NCBI GenBank assembly: GCA_040755855.1
Contig: JBFMAD010000008.1
Coordinates: forward strand, 64,001-128,000
Origin: Planctomycetota bacterium
Lineage (GTDB): Bacteria > Planctomycetota > Brocadiia > JAADGH01
Direction of reading: 5' to 3'
Length of the DNA stretch: 64,000 nt
The translations under genes were made by a program, and so were the position numbers. Each line of letters opens with the position of its first letter. Position 1 is the first letter of the stretch. Shown here piece by piece: positions 8,815-18,029 of this stretch. Under the pieces are notes generated by a model, which worked only from the letters and a program-made list of their open reading frames with translations, was not told where the DNA came from and made no database searches.

Positions 8815-9366
8815 TTACTTGCTGCCGAAAAACTCCCGGAGTTTGGCAATGGCCTTGTGTTTTGCGCTGCGTACGGTTTGTTGTTCCACGCCCATCACCT
8901 CGGCCGCCTGGGCCACCGACAGATCGTCATTGAACAGGAGCCTAAGGACGAGACGCTGCCGGGGGGAGAGAAGGCCCTCTGGGATTTCGACATCCGGCGC
9001 GTCGCTCTCCTCGCCGGCCGCCGCCAGAGCCTCCGCGCGCTCATCCTCCAGAGGCAGGATAGGGCGTTGCTTGCGGAGGTGGTCAATCGCCGTGCTCCGG
9101 GCCACCATGGTCAGCCAGGTGGTGATGGAAGATCGGGCGGGATCATAGGAACGCAGAAGCCGAAAATCCGACTTGACGAGGCGGACGAAGACCTCCTGAA
9201 CCGCGTCGTGCACAAGGTCGGTCTCATGGTCGGGCATATAGCGACGGAACGTCCGCTGCACGGCGGCAAAGAGGACAGAGGCGTAGCGCTCGACGAAGGC
9301 GTCCCACGCGCGCTTGTCGCCGCTCAGACATGCAGTCAGGTCCATCCTCTGCGCCAAGGGGTTCAC
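8815..9366 (-). CDS. ECF-type RNA polymerase sigma-70 factor
   Basis: DAVQEVFVRL, TWLTMVARSTAIDHLR, LSPRQRLVL...AAEVMGV..TVRS. Confidence 0.9.
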   Translation of the reverse strand: MNPLAQRMDLTACLSGDKRAWDAFVERYASVLFAAVQRTFRRYMPDHETDLVHDAVQEVFVRLVKSDFRLLRSYDPARSSITTWLTMVARSTAIDHLRKQRPILPLEDERAEALAAAGEESDAPDVEIPEGLLSPRQRLVLRLLFNDDLSVAQAAEVMGVEQQTVRSAKHKAIAKLREFFGSK

Positions 9367-10514
9367 TCAACGCGGATTTCGATGAGGAGACGGTTGTTGT
9401 AGGGATCAATCTCAAGCACCTTGCCCCAAATTCGACGGCGTTCGGCGATGTAGTCGGCGTATTCGGCCTGCTTGTTGATCGGCAGCTCGCCGACGCGCTT
9501 CCCGGCCCTGGCCACGATGATATTGAACGCCTCCCCCTCGTCCAGGCGCGTAATGGTGAGCGGGTCGCCGACATTGAGAGTAAGGAGACCTTCCTTGGAG
9601 GTTCGCTCGACCACGACTTCCTCCGTCACCGGCTTTCGCTTCGCCCTTTCCTCCTCGGCGCGGCGTCTGGCCTCCTCTTGCTTGGCTGCGGCGGCGGGGC
9701 CCGCCTTCTGCGCCGCCTGCCTCCTCTGCGCGGCGCGCTCGGCCACGCGACGCATGAATTCCTGCCGCTGCGCGCGGTGGGTTGAATCGCTCCTCTGGAG
9801 TCGAGCCAGCGACCGTTCCTTTCTCTCATCGGGGGTCCGGCTTCTACCTCGTCCCCCGCCCGGTCCTCCCCCTGGGCCGCCGCCGGGGCCCCTCTGTTCT
9901 CCGGCTTGGGCGGCGGTCGCCTGCCCCTGGGGGCGTCCCTGCTGGTCCGGCCGGTTGCCGCTCGCGGCCCGCTCCTGGCGCCACTGCTCCATGCGTTCCA
10001 TTCGGTCCACGATCTGGTCCACCTCTGCGGCCTGCTCCTCGGGCGCTTTCTCGAAGAATTCCTCCATTCGCTTCTCTTCTTCCTCGCGGGAGCGCTGGAA
10101 CATCGGCTCCATGATCTGCCGGCGCTCCTCGGGCTGGAGCTTCTCCATGGCGTCTCGCATCCCGGAGCGTCGCTCAGGTTCCCCCTGCCCTTGGCCCTGT
10201 CTCTGCCCCTGGCCTTGGCCTTGTCCAGGTCCCTGCCCTTCCTCTCGCCGGGGGCCGGGGCCGAAGCCGGGACCGCGGCCGCCCATGAATCCCCCTCCCG
10301 GGGTCAGGCTTCCGGCCATGTCGCGCAGATGCTCGATGGCCTCCTCCCGTTCCCGGCCCTGAAGGGCCCCGAAGTCAAAACTCTCCATCTCTTGAGAGAA
10401 TTCCTCCCGTGACACGGGGGCGTTCGGTGTGTCTTTCGGGGCGGTGAGGATGTAGGCCGCCAGCGCGATCAGGATCGCAATGCCCCCGCCGATGAGCAGC
10501 TTCTTATTGGGCAT
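9363..10514 (-). CDS. Membrane-anchored charged/low-complexity protein with HIRAN-like C-terminal domain
   Basis: N-terminal TM; C-terminus LNVGDPLTITR...NIIVARAGKRVGELP...GKVLEI; RBS GGAGG before ATG 10514. Confidence 0.55.
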   Translation of the reverse strand: MPNKKLLIGGGIAILIALAAYILTAPKDTPNAPVSREEFSQEMESFDFGALQGREREEAIEHLRDMAGSLTPGGGFMGGRGPGFGPGPRREEGQGPGQGQGQGQRQGQGQGEPERRSGMRDAMEKLQPEERRQIMEPMFQRSREEEEKRMEEFFEKAPEEQAAEVDQIVDRMERMEQWRQERAASGNRPDQQGRPQGQATAAQAGEQRGPGGGPGGGPGGGRGRSRTPDERKERSLARLQRSDSTHRAQRQEFMRRVAERAAQRRQAAQKAGPAAAAKQEEARRRAEEERAKRKPVTEEVVVERTSKEGLLTLNVGDPLTITRLDEGEAFNIIVARAGKRVGELPINKQAEYADYIAERRRIWGKVLEIDPYNNRLLIEIRVE

Positions 10515-10535
10515 CTCACTCCTCCGATCCAAACG

Positions 10536-11090
10536 CTAAAACGTCTCGACATGGCCGTCGCCGAAGACGGCGTTCTTGCTGTGGCCGCTGTCCTTCCGGC
10601 CGTGGAAGCACTCGTAGTCGTAGAAGGCCGGGGTGTTGGGCGGGTCCATTGTCTGTTGCCTCCGCTGTCCGAAGGGGAGCATATCGTCGGCGAGCCGTCC
10701 GTAGGCCGTGACGTTGAACTCGTAACTCGATCCGTCCTTCTCGAAGAACTCCATCTTGTCGAGGGGGCACCGAAAGACCGCCCTTCCCGTGTACGACTCA
10801 AGCACATCGGCGATGGACGGAAGGTCGTTGAGGCCCAGTGACGGACGGTTCGTGACCATCGGCTTCTTGCCGCGGTTGTCGCTGGTGTATATTTTGTACC
10901 CCTCAAAGATTCGACGCAGGTTGTTCTTGCACTGCGCGTCCCTGCCGGCCTTGCGGACACGGGCAATCACCGGCGTCAATAGGCCGAGCACAACCGCGAT
11001 GATCCCGAGGGTCACCATCAGCTCCGTCAGCGTCATCCCCGCGGAGCGCCGGTTTGCGCTCAGGCGTGCTGTCATTGCATCAACTCTCAT
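10536..11090 (-). CDS. Prepilin-type N-terminal cleavage/methylation protein with H-X9-DG-like motif
   Basis: G|MTLTELMVTLGIIAVVLGLL.P; AQCKNNLRRI; NAVFGDGHV; ATGA overlap with the upstream gene. Confidence 0.85.
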   Translation of the reverse strand: MRVDAMTARLSANRRSAGMTLTELMVTLGIIAVVLGLLTPVIARVRKAGRDAQCKNNLRRIFEGYKIYTSDNRGKKPMVTNRPSLGLNDLPSIADVLESYTGRAVFRCPLDKMEFFEKDGSSYEFNVTAYGRLADDMLPFGQRRQQTMDPPNTPAFYDYECFHGRKDSGHSKNAVFGDGHVETF

Positions 11091-13039
11091 GGCTTCTTCA
11101 CGGCGTCCTTGGGCCGATAGGACCATTCCGCGATGATCATCTCCTTTGCCTCCAGGAGCGAACTCATCCGGCCCATCGGACCGCCCATGGGTCCGCCCAT
11201 GCCGCGGCGACGATCGCCGAATGGACCGAACGGCGGGCGCATGTCGCCGCCCGGCGGACCGAAGCCGGGACCGCCTGGGGGCATGGGGAATCCGCCGCCC
11301 GGAGGGCCTATCCCGTCCGGTCCGCCCGGAGGTCCTGGGGGGCCGTCGCCCCGACGGGGCCGTCGGAACCCGCCCCCCATCATCCCATCGGGTTCGGGCC
11401 TGGGGGGCGCCTCGGGGAGGGGAATCCGAGCCATCACCTTGAACGCCTTGTTATTGAACCACAGCCCCTGCATCTCGCCGAGTTCTTTTTCTGTTCCAAG
11501 GTAATAGACCTTGCCGTTCCCCGCCCACTGATGCAGGCTGTGGGCGATCTCGTATTCCTGATCCCAGGGGTCCATGCCCCGGTACTTCTCCGCCCGCATC
11601 TTCTCCTTTTCCAACTGCATCGGCATCGGGCGGTCCTCGTCCTCCTGTCGGGCGAGGAAGCGGTCGGACCCCGGCACAGGCCGCAAGGCCCTCATGTCCG
11701 CCAGGCGCCAGTGGCGGACAAAATCCAGGTGTTGCTGGATGCCCTGGTCGGCGATGAGCACGTCGCCGTGGCGGACTTCCTTCTCCAGTCCGTCGGTGAT
11801 GCGGGCCAGCACCCGCTTCTGGTGGCTCAGGCGCACGAGTTTCTCGCCGGCGTCGGACATGCCCCAGACGAGGTTGAGCGCCAGGACCACGGCCATGACG
11901 GTGACGCGGAGGGCGGCGGATGAGCCTTGCATCGCCCGCGACAGAAGCCACAACCCCGCGGCGATATAGCACATATAGGTGGGGAGCAGAAAGCGCATCG
12001 TCCCGTCGGGCATGCGCGAAGACCCCCAGTAGTAGGCCATGTAGAGCAGCGTGGATGGAACGACCAACAGGATCAGGAACACGCCCACCCGCCGGACGCG
12101 GGGGATGAAACACATCATCGTCATGCCCGCGACGCCAAGCCCGAAGAAAAGCCCCACGCCGCCGCTGTTGAGGTTCTGGATATAGCCGGCGAAGTGGCCC
12201 GTGAAATAATCCCAGCCGAATCCGGTCTGTTCGTTGGTCAGCGCGTAGGCCGTTCGGTAGAACGCGCCGAAGGCAAGTTGGTTGCGGATGAGGAGAGGCA
12301 CGATCGGGATCGCCGCCCCCAGGACGGCGACCAGGTAGTGCAGCCAGATACGCCCGTGCGAACGGATGTGCCAGAGGAGAAAGACGCCGATGCCGAGGGC
12401 GAACAGGGCCTCGGGGTATCGGATCGTCGGGATGCACCCCAGCGCCAGCCCCGCGAGAAAGACCTCCCACAGCCTGCCGTTCTCCGACCAGCGCAGGAGG
12501 AGCCACACGCCCCAGACGAGGCAGAACGCGACGGCCATGTGGGCGTCGCAGGCGATGGCGTGCTGGTTAAGCATCGGGTTCACTGCCAGGGCCAAGACCC
12601 CCGCCACGCCCCACCACGGGCCGACCAGTCGCCGGACCAATAGAAACAGACCGAGCAGCGACAGTGTGGCCAGGACGGGATTGATGAGGATGCTGGCCGT
12701 GTAGCCGAGGAGCCAATAGACGAGGCCGACCACGACGGCGAGGCCGGGGGGATAGCGGCTGAAGTACTTCCCTGAGTCGGTGACGAGCCAGTGCATGCCG
12801 ATGTACTGCGCGTCGGACTCGGGCTTGAACCACGTGCGCCCGGTGGTGAAGAGGAGACTCCCCTGGGCCCAATAGCCGTTGGCGTCGGGCGAGCAGATGG
12901 CCGGTGCGAAGGCGCCCATAAGGAAGATGAAGTGGAGGATCAAGAGCGCGACCATCGCGGCCCACGGGAGGAATCGGAGGGCCGATGGCTTCCGAATCGG
13001 CAAGGTCTCGACGACGGTTTTGGCGAGAGGGTCAATCAT
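11087..13039 (-). CDS. GT-C fold membrane glycosyltransferase (ArnT/PMT_2, GT39/GT83-like)
   Basis: Multiple TMs; PDANGY acidic loop after TM1; SRYPPGL; IRYPEA; Gly/Pro/Met-rich tail. Confidence 0.75.
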   Translation of the reverse strand: MIDPLAKTVVETLPIRKPSALRFLPWAAMVALLILHFIFLMGAFAPAICSPDANGYWAQGSLLFTTGRTWFKPESDAQYIGMHWLVTDSGKYFSRYPPGLAVVVGLVYWLLGYTASILINPVLATLSLLGLFLLVRRLVGPWWGVAGVLALAVNPMLNQHAIACDAHMAVAFCLVWGVWLLLRWSENGRLWEVFLAGLALGCIPTIRYPEALFALGIGVFLLWHIRSHGRIWLHYLVAVLGAAIPIVPLLIRNQLAFGAFYRTAYALTNEQTGFGWDYFTGHFAGYIQNLNSGGVGLFFGLGVAGMTMMCFIPRVRRVGVFLILLVVPSTLLYMAYYWGSSRMPDGTMRFLLPTYMCYIAAGLWLLSRAMQGSSAALRVTVMAVVLALNLVWGMSDAGEKLVRLSHQKRVLARITDGLEKEVRHGDVLIADQGIQQHLDFVRHWRLADMRALRPVPGSDRFLARQEDEDRPMPMQLEKEKMRAEKYRGMDPWDQEYEIAHSLHQWAGNGKVYYLGTEKELGEMQGLWFNNKAFKVMARIPLPEAPPRPEPDGMMGGGFRRPRRGDGPPGPPGGPDGIGPPGGGFPMPPGGPGFGPPGGDMRPPFGPFGDRRRGMGGPMGGPMGRMSSLLEAKEMIIAEWSYRPKDAVKKP

Positions 13040-13129
13040 AGGGATACGTCCTGTAAATAAAATACGGGTCCATTCTGTGATACGCAGGCCATCGCCCGAT
13101 CATCCCCGCTGCCTTCCACGGTTATCGGC

Positions 13130-13158
13130 ATTGTAGAACGGCGCGAAAAAGGGGTCAA
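13130..13158 (-). promoter_or_regulatory. Putative sigma70 promoter for the GT-C operon
   Basis: TTGACC-N17-TACAAT on the minus strand. Confidence 0.6.
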
Positions 13159-13169
13159 TAGATTTTCCC

Positions 13170-13198
13170 TTGTTGAACATCACTGTTGGTGATAGAAT
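13170..13198 (+). promoter_or_regulatory. Putative sigma70 promoter for the ABC transporter operon
   Basis: TTGTTG-N17-TAGAAT with extended -10 TG. Confidence 0.5.
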
Positions 13199-13234
13199 TA
13201 TTCTCCCGGATCATAAGATGCACTGGGAGGCGTT

Positions 13235-13975
13235 TTGAAGGTCACAAACCTGTCCAAGACTTACCGAACCGGCACGTCTGAAGTGCTTGCACTGGAATCG
13301 GTTACGTTCGCCGTGGCAGAGGGGGAGTTCTTGGCCATCATGGGCGCGTCCGGATCGGGCAAGAGCACGCTGCTCCATCTCATCGGCGCCCTGGACACGC
13401 CGAGCGGCGGAGAGGTCGAAATTGACGGCGTTTGTCTCTCCGGTCTTCCTGATCGCGAACTGACGCGCATCCGCCGCGAGAAGATCGGCTTCATCTTCCA
13501 GTTCTTCAATCTTATCCCCACCCTGAGCGCGCGGGAGAACGTGGCCCTGCCCCTCATGATCGCGCGCAAAGACGGGAAGGATGGGCGGAAGCGAGTGGAC
13601 GATCTGCTGGACTTGGTGCACCTGGCCGACCGGGCCGATCACCGCCCCGACGAGCTTAGCGGCGGCGAGCAGCAGCGCGTGGCGATCGCCCGCTCGCTGG
13701 TGATGGACCCTGCCATCATCCTGGCCGATGAGCCGACGGGGAATTTGGACTCGCACAACGCCGACGAAATCTATGCCCTCCTGCGAAGACTGTCCGACGA
13801 ACTGTCCCGAACGGTGGTGATGGTCACTCACGACGGCGCCGGCGCCGTTTACGCGGATCGGGTGCTGTTCCTGAAGGATGGGAAGATCGTCGGCGAGGAG
13901 ACGATAGGGAAAGGCGCGAATGCGGCATCTGTGGCATCTGCCTATGAGAAACTTGCTCACCCGCAAGGCCCGTAG
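13235..13975 (+). CDS. ABC transporter ATP-binding protein (LolD/MacB-like)
   Basis: Walker [38 protein letters not shown]. Confidence 0.95.
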   Translation: MKVTNLSKTYRTGTSEVLALESVTFAVAEGEFLAIMGASGSGKSTLLHLIGALDTPSGGEVEIDGVCLSGLPDRELTRIRREKIGFIFQFFNLIPTLSARENVALPLMIARKDGKDGRKRVDDLLDLVHLADRADHRPDELSGGEQQRVAIARSLVMDPAIILADEPTGNLDSHNADEIYALLRRLSDELSRTVVMVTHDGAGAVYADRVLFLKDGKIVGEETIGKGANAASVASAYEKLAHPQGP

Positions 13976-16643
13976 CCTGCTCACGACCCTTGGCGTGGTC
14001 CTCGGCGTGGCGATGGTGGTGGCCATTGCCGTAGCCTACGACAGCGCCGAGGCGCATGTAAAGCAGTGGGTCCGCTTCTGGCACGGCCGCGCTCAGCTTC
14101 GCCTGCGGCCCAAGCATGGGGATGCCCTTGATCCATCTTGCATCGGGAGCATTCGAGGCATTTCCGGCGTCCGCCTGGTCGCCCCCCACTATTGCCGATG
14201 GGGCGGCATCCAGCGGGGCAAAGAGTATCATTCCCTCCTGCTGATGGCCGTTGACTCCAAGGCCGACAGCGAGATCAAAGGCTTTGTCTCGGGGTACGAG
14301 GAAATCATCCAGGAAACAATCGAGAAGGGGGAGCGGCCTATCCTCCTTCGCGACTCGCTGGCCACGAAGCTGCAGGCGGCTCTGGGGGACGAGGTGATCG
14401 TGCTCGTGGACGGCAAAAAACCGCCCTTCCGCCTGGTGGGGATCCTGCCGAAGAACTCGTTTCCCCCAACTACGCCCTGGAATGCGGGAGTCGTCACGCT
14501 GGTGGAGGCGCGGGAGTTCCTCGGCGATTCGCCCGCCCTGACGGCTGTGGATGTGCTGGTTACGGATGACGCGGATATCAACGAGGTGTCGAAACAAGCG
14601 GCCCGGCTGGGCGGGGCGTCGGTCTTTGTGGAGCGGCCGGAGACGCGCACGGAGGCGTTTCACAATAATCTCCGCGTGGCGAAGCTGACGGCGCGAATCA
14701 TCTCCGCCACGACGCTCTTTGTCGGCGTGTTTATCATCTTCAACACCATGGCCATGACTGTGGTGGAGCGCAAACGCGAGACCGGCATGCTCCGCGCCAT
14801 CGGCATGAGCCGGCGTCAAATCTGGCTAATCGTGCTCGGAGAGGCCGCGTTCATGGGCGTCGTCGGGACGGCGCTGGGCGTCCTGTTCGGTCTCGGCATG
14901 GCCAGGCTGGCCACCACCCATGTCGGCAAGACGGGGCTGCCGGAGTTCGTCGTCAACCCGTCCGTCCTGGTCGGCGGCGCGGGTATGGGGCTTATGGCGG
15001 CGCTTGTCGCGGCGGTCATCCCCGCGGTAATGGCGTCGCGAATCTCGCCCCTCGAGGCCGCGCACCCCTACCGACGCGCGGCGGGAGGGCGCACGCCCAT
15101 CTACCGACTGGTCCTCGGCATCGTCCTCCTTGTGGGGCTGACCGTCGTCCTTCATATTCCCTTTCGGACGTCCCTCAAGGTGCCGCTCCTGGCGACGGTG
15201 GGGATATTCTCGTTTTACTTTGGCGCGGCGCTCGTGGCCCCGTTCCTTGTGGCCCCTCTCTCGCGCCTCACGCTGCCCATCCTAAGCGGGTTCCTGCGCA
15301 TCGTCGTTTTCCTGGCAAGCCTGCCCTACGTGATCGTGCGGGCCCTTCTTGCGGCCGTGTTCGGCCTATCCGCACGGAGGGCGGCGGCGTGGCTGCGCTC
15401 CATCGGCGCCCGGGCGCGGGAGTCCGTGGCAGGGACCTCGGCGAGACTTGCCCACGGCAATCTGGTCCGCAGATCGGGGCGCACGGCGCTCACGGCCTGC
15501 GCCCTCATGGTGGGGGTCAGTTTCATCGTTGATCTCTCCGGCGACGCAAAGAGCGTGATTAACGAGTTCCGCCGCACGATTGACGTCGTCGCCGGGGCGG
15601 ACCTTTTCGTCCTTCCACAGACCCCCGTGGCCCCCAGCTTGGATCCGGAGAACTTTCGACGCATTGAGGGTGTCGAGGCCGTGACGGCCATGAAGCTGCT
15701 CCTGGTTGACGCCCCCGGCGGCCCGGTGAAGCACTCGTTCTTCGCAAGCGGCAAGATCATGTTCATAGCCATCGAGCCGGATACCTTCCGGAAGATCATG
15801 CGCCTGGAGTGCTACAGCGGCGAACTGGGCGAGGCGTTGAACGCGCTGAAGAAGGGGAACCGCGTCCTGGTCTCCAGCGATCTCGTCCGCATCGGCGGTC
15901 CGGGAAAGGGTGATCTCCTGAAACTAAGGGGAATTCATGGCGACACGGCCTTCGAGGTGGCCGCCGAGATTCGCGATCCCCGGCTCGCCGTCTATACCGA
16001 CTGGCGCGACTGGTCCGACATCCGGGGGATCATCGGATCCTTCGTCGCCATCGGGTCCATCGAGGATGCGCGGAGGTGCTTCGGCGCCACGGGGTATGAC
16101 TTTGCTCTCGTCAAGATTAGGCAGGAAGGCGTTGACCGCGAGGCTGTGGGCAAGAGGGTCCGGGGCGTCGCGTGGCGGACGGGCTGCAAGGCGGAGTGGA
16201 TCGGCGGACGGAACAGGCATATGATCGAGGACGCCTATGCGGCCCTCTACAGCATCAACGCCGTGCTGTTCGTGGCGGTCTTGATCGCCGCGCTGGCCGT
16301 GCTGAACACGATGACTATGAACGTGATCGAGCGGACGCGGGAGATCGGCGTCCTTCGGGCGCTGGGGGCCACGCGGACGCAGATACTGGAGATGTTCCTC
16401 ACCGAGGCGGCCGCCATCGGCATGATCGGCTCGCTGCTTGGGGCGGCAGTGGGGCTGCTCCTGATGCACGCGAGCCTGACGCTGAACCGCATGGTCATGG
16501 GATGGCAGACGGAGTTTGTGGTTCCCTACCGGGAGATCGCCTTCGCCGGGTTGGCGGGCGTCGTGGTGGCTATGGTCGGCGGCATCTACCCGGCGCTCCG
16601 GGCGGCGCGGATACGGATCGTCGAGGCGATTCAGATGGAATGA
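13944..16643 (+). CDS. ABC transporter permease with two FtsX/MacB domains
   Basis: ERKRETGMLRAIG and ERTREIGVLRALG motifs; start could be 13920. Confidence 0.9.
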   Translation: MRNLLTRKARSLLTTLGVVLGVAMVVAIAVAYDSAEAHVKQWVRFWHGRAQLRLRPKHGDALDPSCIGSIRGISGVRLVAPHYCRWGGIQRGKEYHSLLLMAVDSKADSEIKGFVSGYEEIIQETIEKGERPILLRDSLATKLQAALGDEVIVLVDGKKPPFRLVGILPKNSFPPTTPWNAGVVTLVEAREFLGDSPALTAVDVLVTDDADINEVSKQAARLGGASVFVERPETRTEAFHNNLRVAKLTARIISATTLFVGVFIIFNTMAMTVVERKRETGMLRAIGMSRRQIWLIVLGEAAFMGVVGTALGVLFGLGMARLATTHVGKTGLPEFVVNPSVLVGGAGMGLMAALVAAVIPAVMASRISPLEAAHPYRRAAGGRTPIYRLVLGIVLLVGLTVVLHIPFRTSLKVPLLATVGIFSFYFGAALVAPFLVAPLSRLTLPILSGFLRIVVFLASLPYVIVRALLAAVFGLSARRAAAWLRSIGARARESVAGTSARLAHGNLVRRSGRTALTACALMVGVSFIVDLSGDAKSVINEFRRTIDVVAGADLFVLPQTPVAPSLDPENFRRIEGVEAVTAMKLLLVDAPGGPVKHSFFASGKIMFIAIEPDTFRKIMRLECYSGELGEALNALKKGNRVLVSSDLVRIGGPGKGDLLKLRGIHGDTAFEVAAEIRDPRLAVYTDWRDWSDIRGIIGSFVAIGSIEDARRCFGATGYDFALVKIRQEGVDREAVGKRVRGVAWRTGCKAEWIGGRNRHMIEDAYAALYSINAVLFVAVLIAALAVLNTMTMNVIERTREIGVLRALGATRTQILEMFLTEAAAIGMIGSLLGAAVGLLLMHASLTLNRMVMGWQTEFVVPYREIAFAGLAGVVVAMVGGIYPALRAARIRIVEAIQME

Positions 16644-16727
16644 TGGGCATTGCGATTGGGCTTTGGCGATTTGCGATTGACAGGAGCCAATTTGCCCACA
16701 CCCACTCGGGTTGAAGGAGTCCGGATC

Positions 16728-17807
16728 ATGAATAAGGTGCGCATAGGGGTTTTGGGAGCGGGGCGGGGAATCGGGCTGGCGAAGGCGATGCGGCTTGCGC
16801 CGAGCGCGGAGCTTGCCGCGATATGCGACGCCGACGAGCAGCGCCTGACCAAGGCGGCTGAGGCGGCCAGGACCTACCGGCGTTACGAGGACATGCTCGA
16901 CGCGAAAGACATTGACGCGGTGCTGGTGGCCTCGCCAATGCCCCTGCACGTTGCGCACTCCGTCGCCGCGCTCAAGGCGGGGAAGCATGTCCTCTCAGAG
17001 GTGACCGCCGCGACGAGCATCGAGCAGTGCTACGAGCTGCTGGAGGCCGTGAAGAAATCGGGCAGGAAATACATGCTCGCGGAAAACTACTGCTACATTC
17101 GCCCGTGGACGATCGTGCTCGGCATGGTGCGGGCGGGAGTATTCGGCCAGGTGTACTACGGCGAGGCCGACCAGATCCAGGAGTTCAAGGGCGGTTTTCG
17201 GCATCCCGGCGTGGGGTATAACTGGCGCACCGCCGAGTTGGCGCTTCGGCGCGGACACCAATATATCACGCACAACCTCGGCCCTCTATATCAGGCTCTT
17301 GGGGAACGAATCTCGACCGTGGTCTGCCTCGGGTCGGGGCAGCACCACATAGAGTGGGCCAAGGCCGATGACACGTGCATCGTCTTGGGCCGGACGCCGA
17401 GCGGCATGCTCGTTCGCATCCGCCTGGACTTTTTCTCTAACCGTCCGAACAACTACCTCTACTTTGGCCTCCAGGGCGCCAAGGCCGGCTACGAGGCTCC
17501 GCGCGGCCCGAAGGATGAGCACAAGATATACGTGGAGGGCCGCACGCCGCGTGGCGCGTGGCAAAGCCTGAGCGACTTTTCGGAATACCTGCCGGCGGCG
17601 TGGAAATCCATGCCCCCGGAAGCCGTCAACGACAGCCACGATGGAGGATCGCCCCTGATGATCGAGGACTTTGCGCGCTCGATCCTCGACGATACCCGCC
17701 CGCCGATAGATGTCATTGACGCATTAAACATGACCGCGCCCGGCCTGATGTCGGAGGTTTCCATCGAGCAAGGGGGAGCGCCTGTTGATGTCCCGGAGTT
17801 CAAATGA
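16728..17807 (+). CDS. Gfo/Idh/MocA-family oxidoreductase
   Basis: IGVLGAG, GKHVLSE, MLAENYCY; RBS GAAGGAG. Confidence 0.9.
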   Translation: MNKVRIGVLGAGRGIGLAKAMRLAPSAELAAICDADEQRLTKAAEAARTYRRYEDMLDAKDIDAVLVASPMPLHVAHSVAALKAGKHVLSEVTAATSIEQCYELLEAVKKSGRKYMLAENYCYIRPWTIVLGMVRAGVFGQVYYGEADQIQEFKGGFRHPGVGYNWRTAELALRRGHQYITHNLGPLYQALGERISTVVCLGSGQHHIEWAKADDTCIVLGRTPSGMLVRIRLDFFSNRPNNYLYFGLQGAKAGYEAPRGPKDEHKIYVEGRTPRGAWQSLSDFSEYLPAAWKSMPPEAVNDSHDGGSPLMIEDFARSILDDTRPPIDVIDALNMTAPGLMSEVSIEQGGAPVDVPEFK

Positions 17808-17822
17808 TTCGGCGGTGGGGGT

Positions 17823-17908
17823 GAAAAGGGGACATTCTACTTTTGCTGTTCTGCCGATACCTGTTCAGGGGTTCCTTGGCCAAAGAAAAAGTAGAATGTC
17901 CCCTTTTC
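17823..17908. repeat. 22-bp perfect inverted repeat between convergent genes (REP/MITE-like, possible terminator)
   Basis: GAAAAGGGGACATTCTACTTTT (17823-17844) / AAAAGTAGAATGTCCCCTTTTC (17887-17908). Confidence 0.85.
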
Positions 17909-18029
17909 CCCTTCCTCCCCTTTCGCTCCTACAGGGCGGCATGCGCAAGGATGGCTGTAGGAGGGGAATCCTTTCCCCGATAGATCGAAAATCCAAAATG
18001 ATTTGGGGCTTGCCCGACCACTTTATCGG

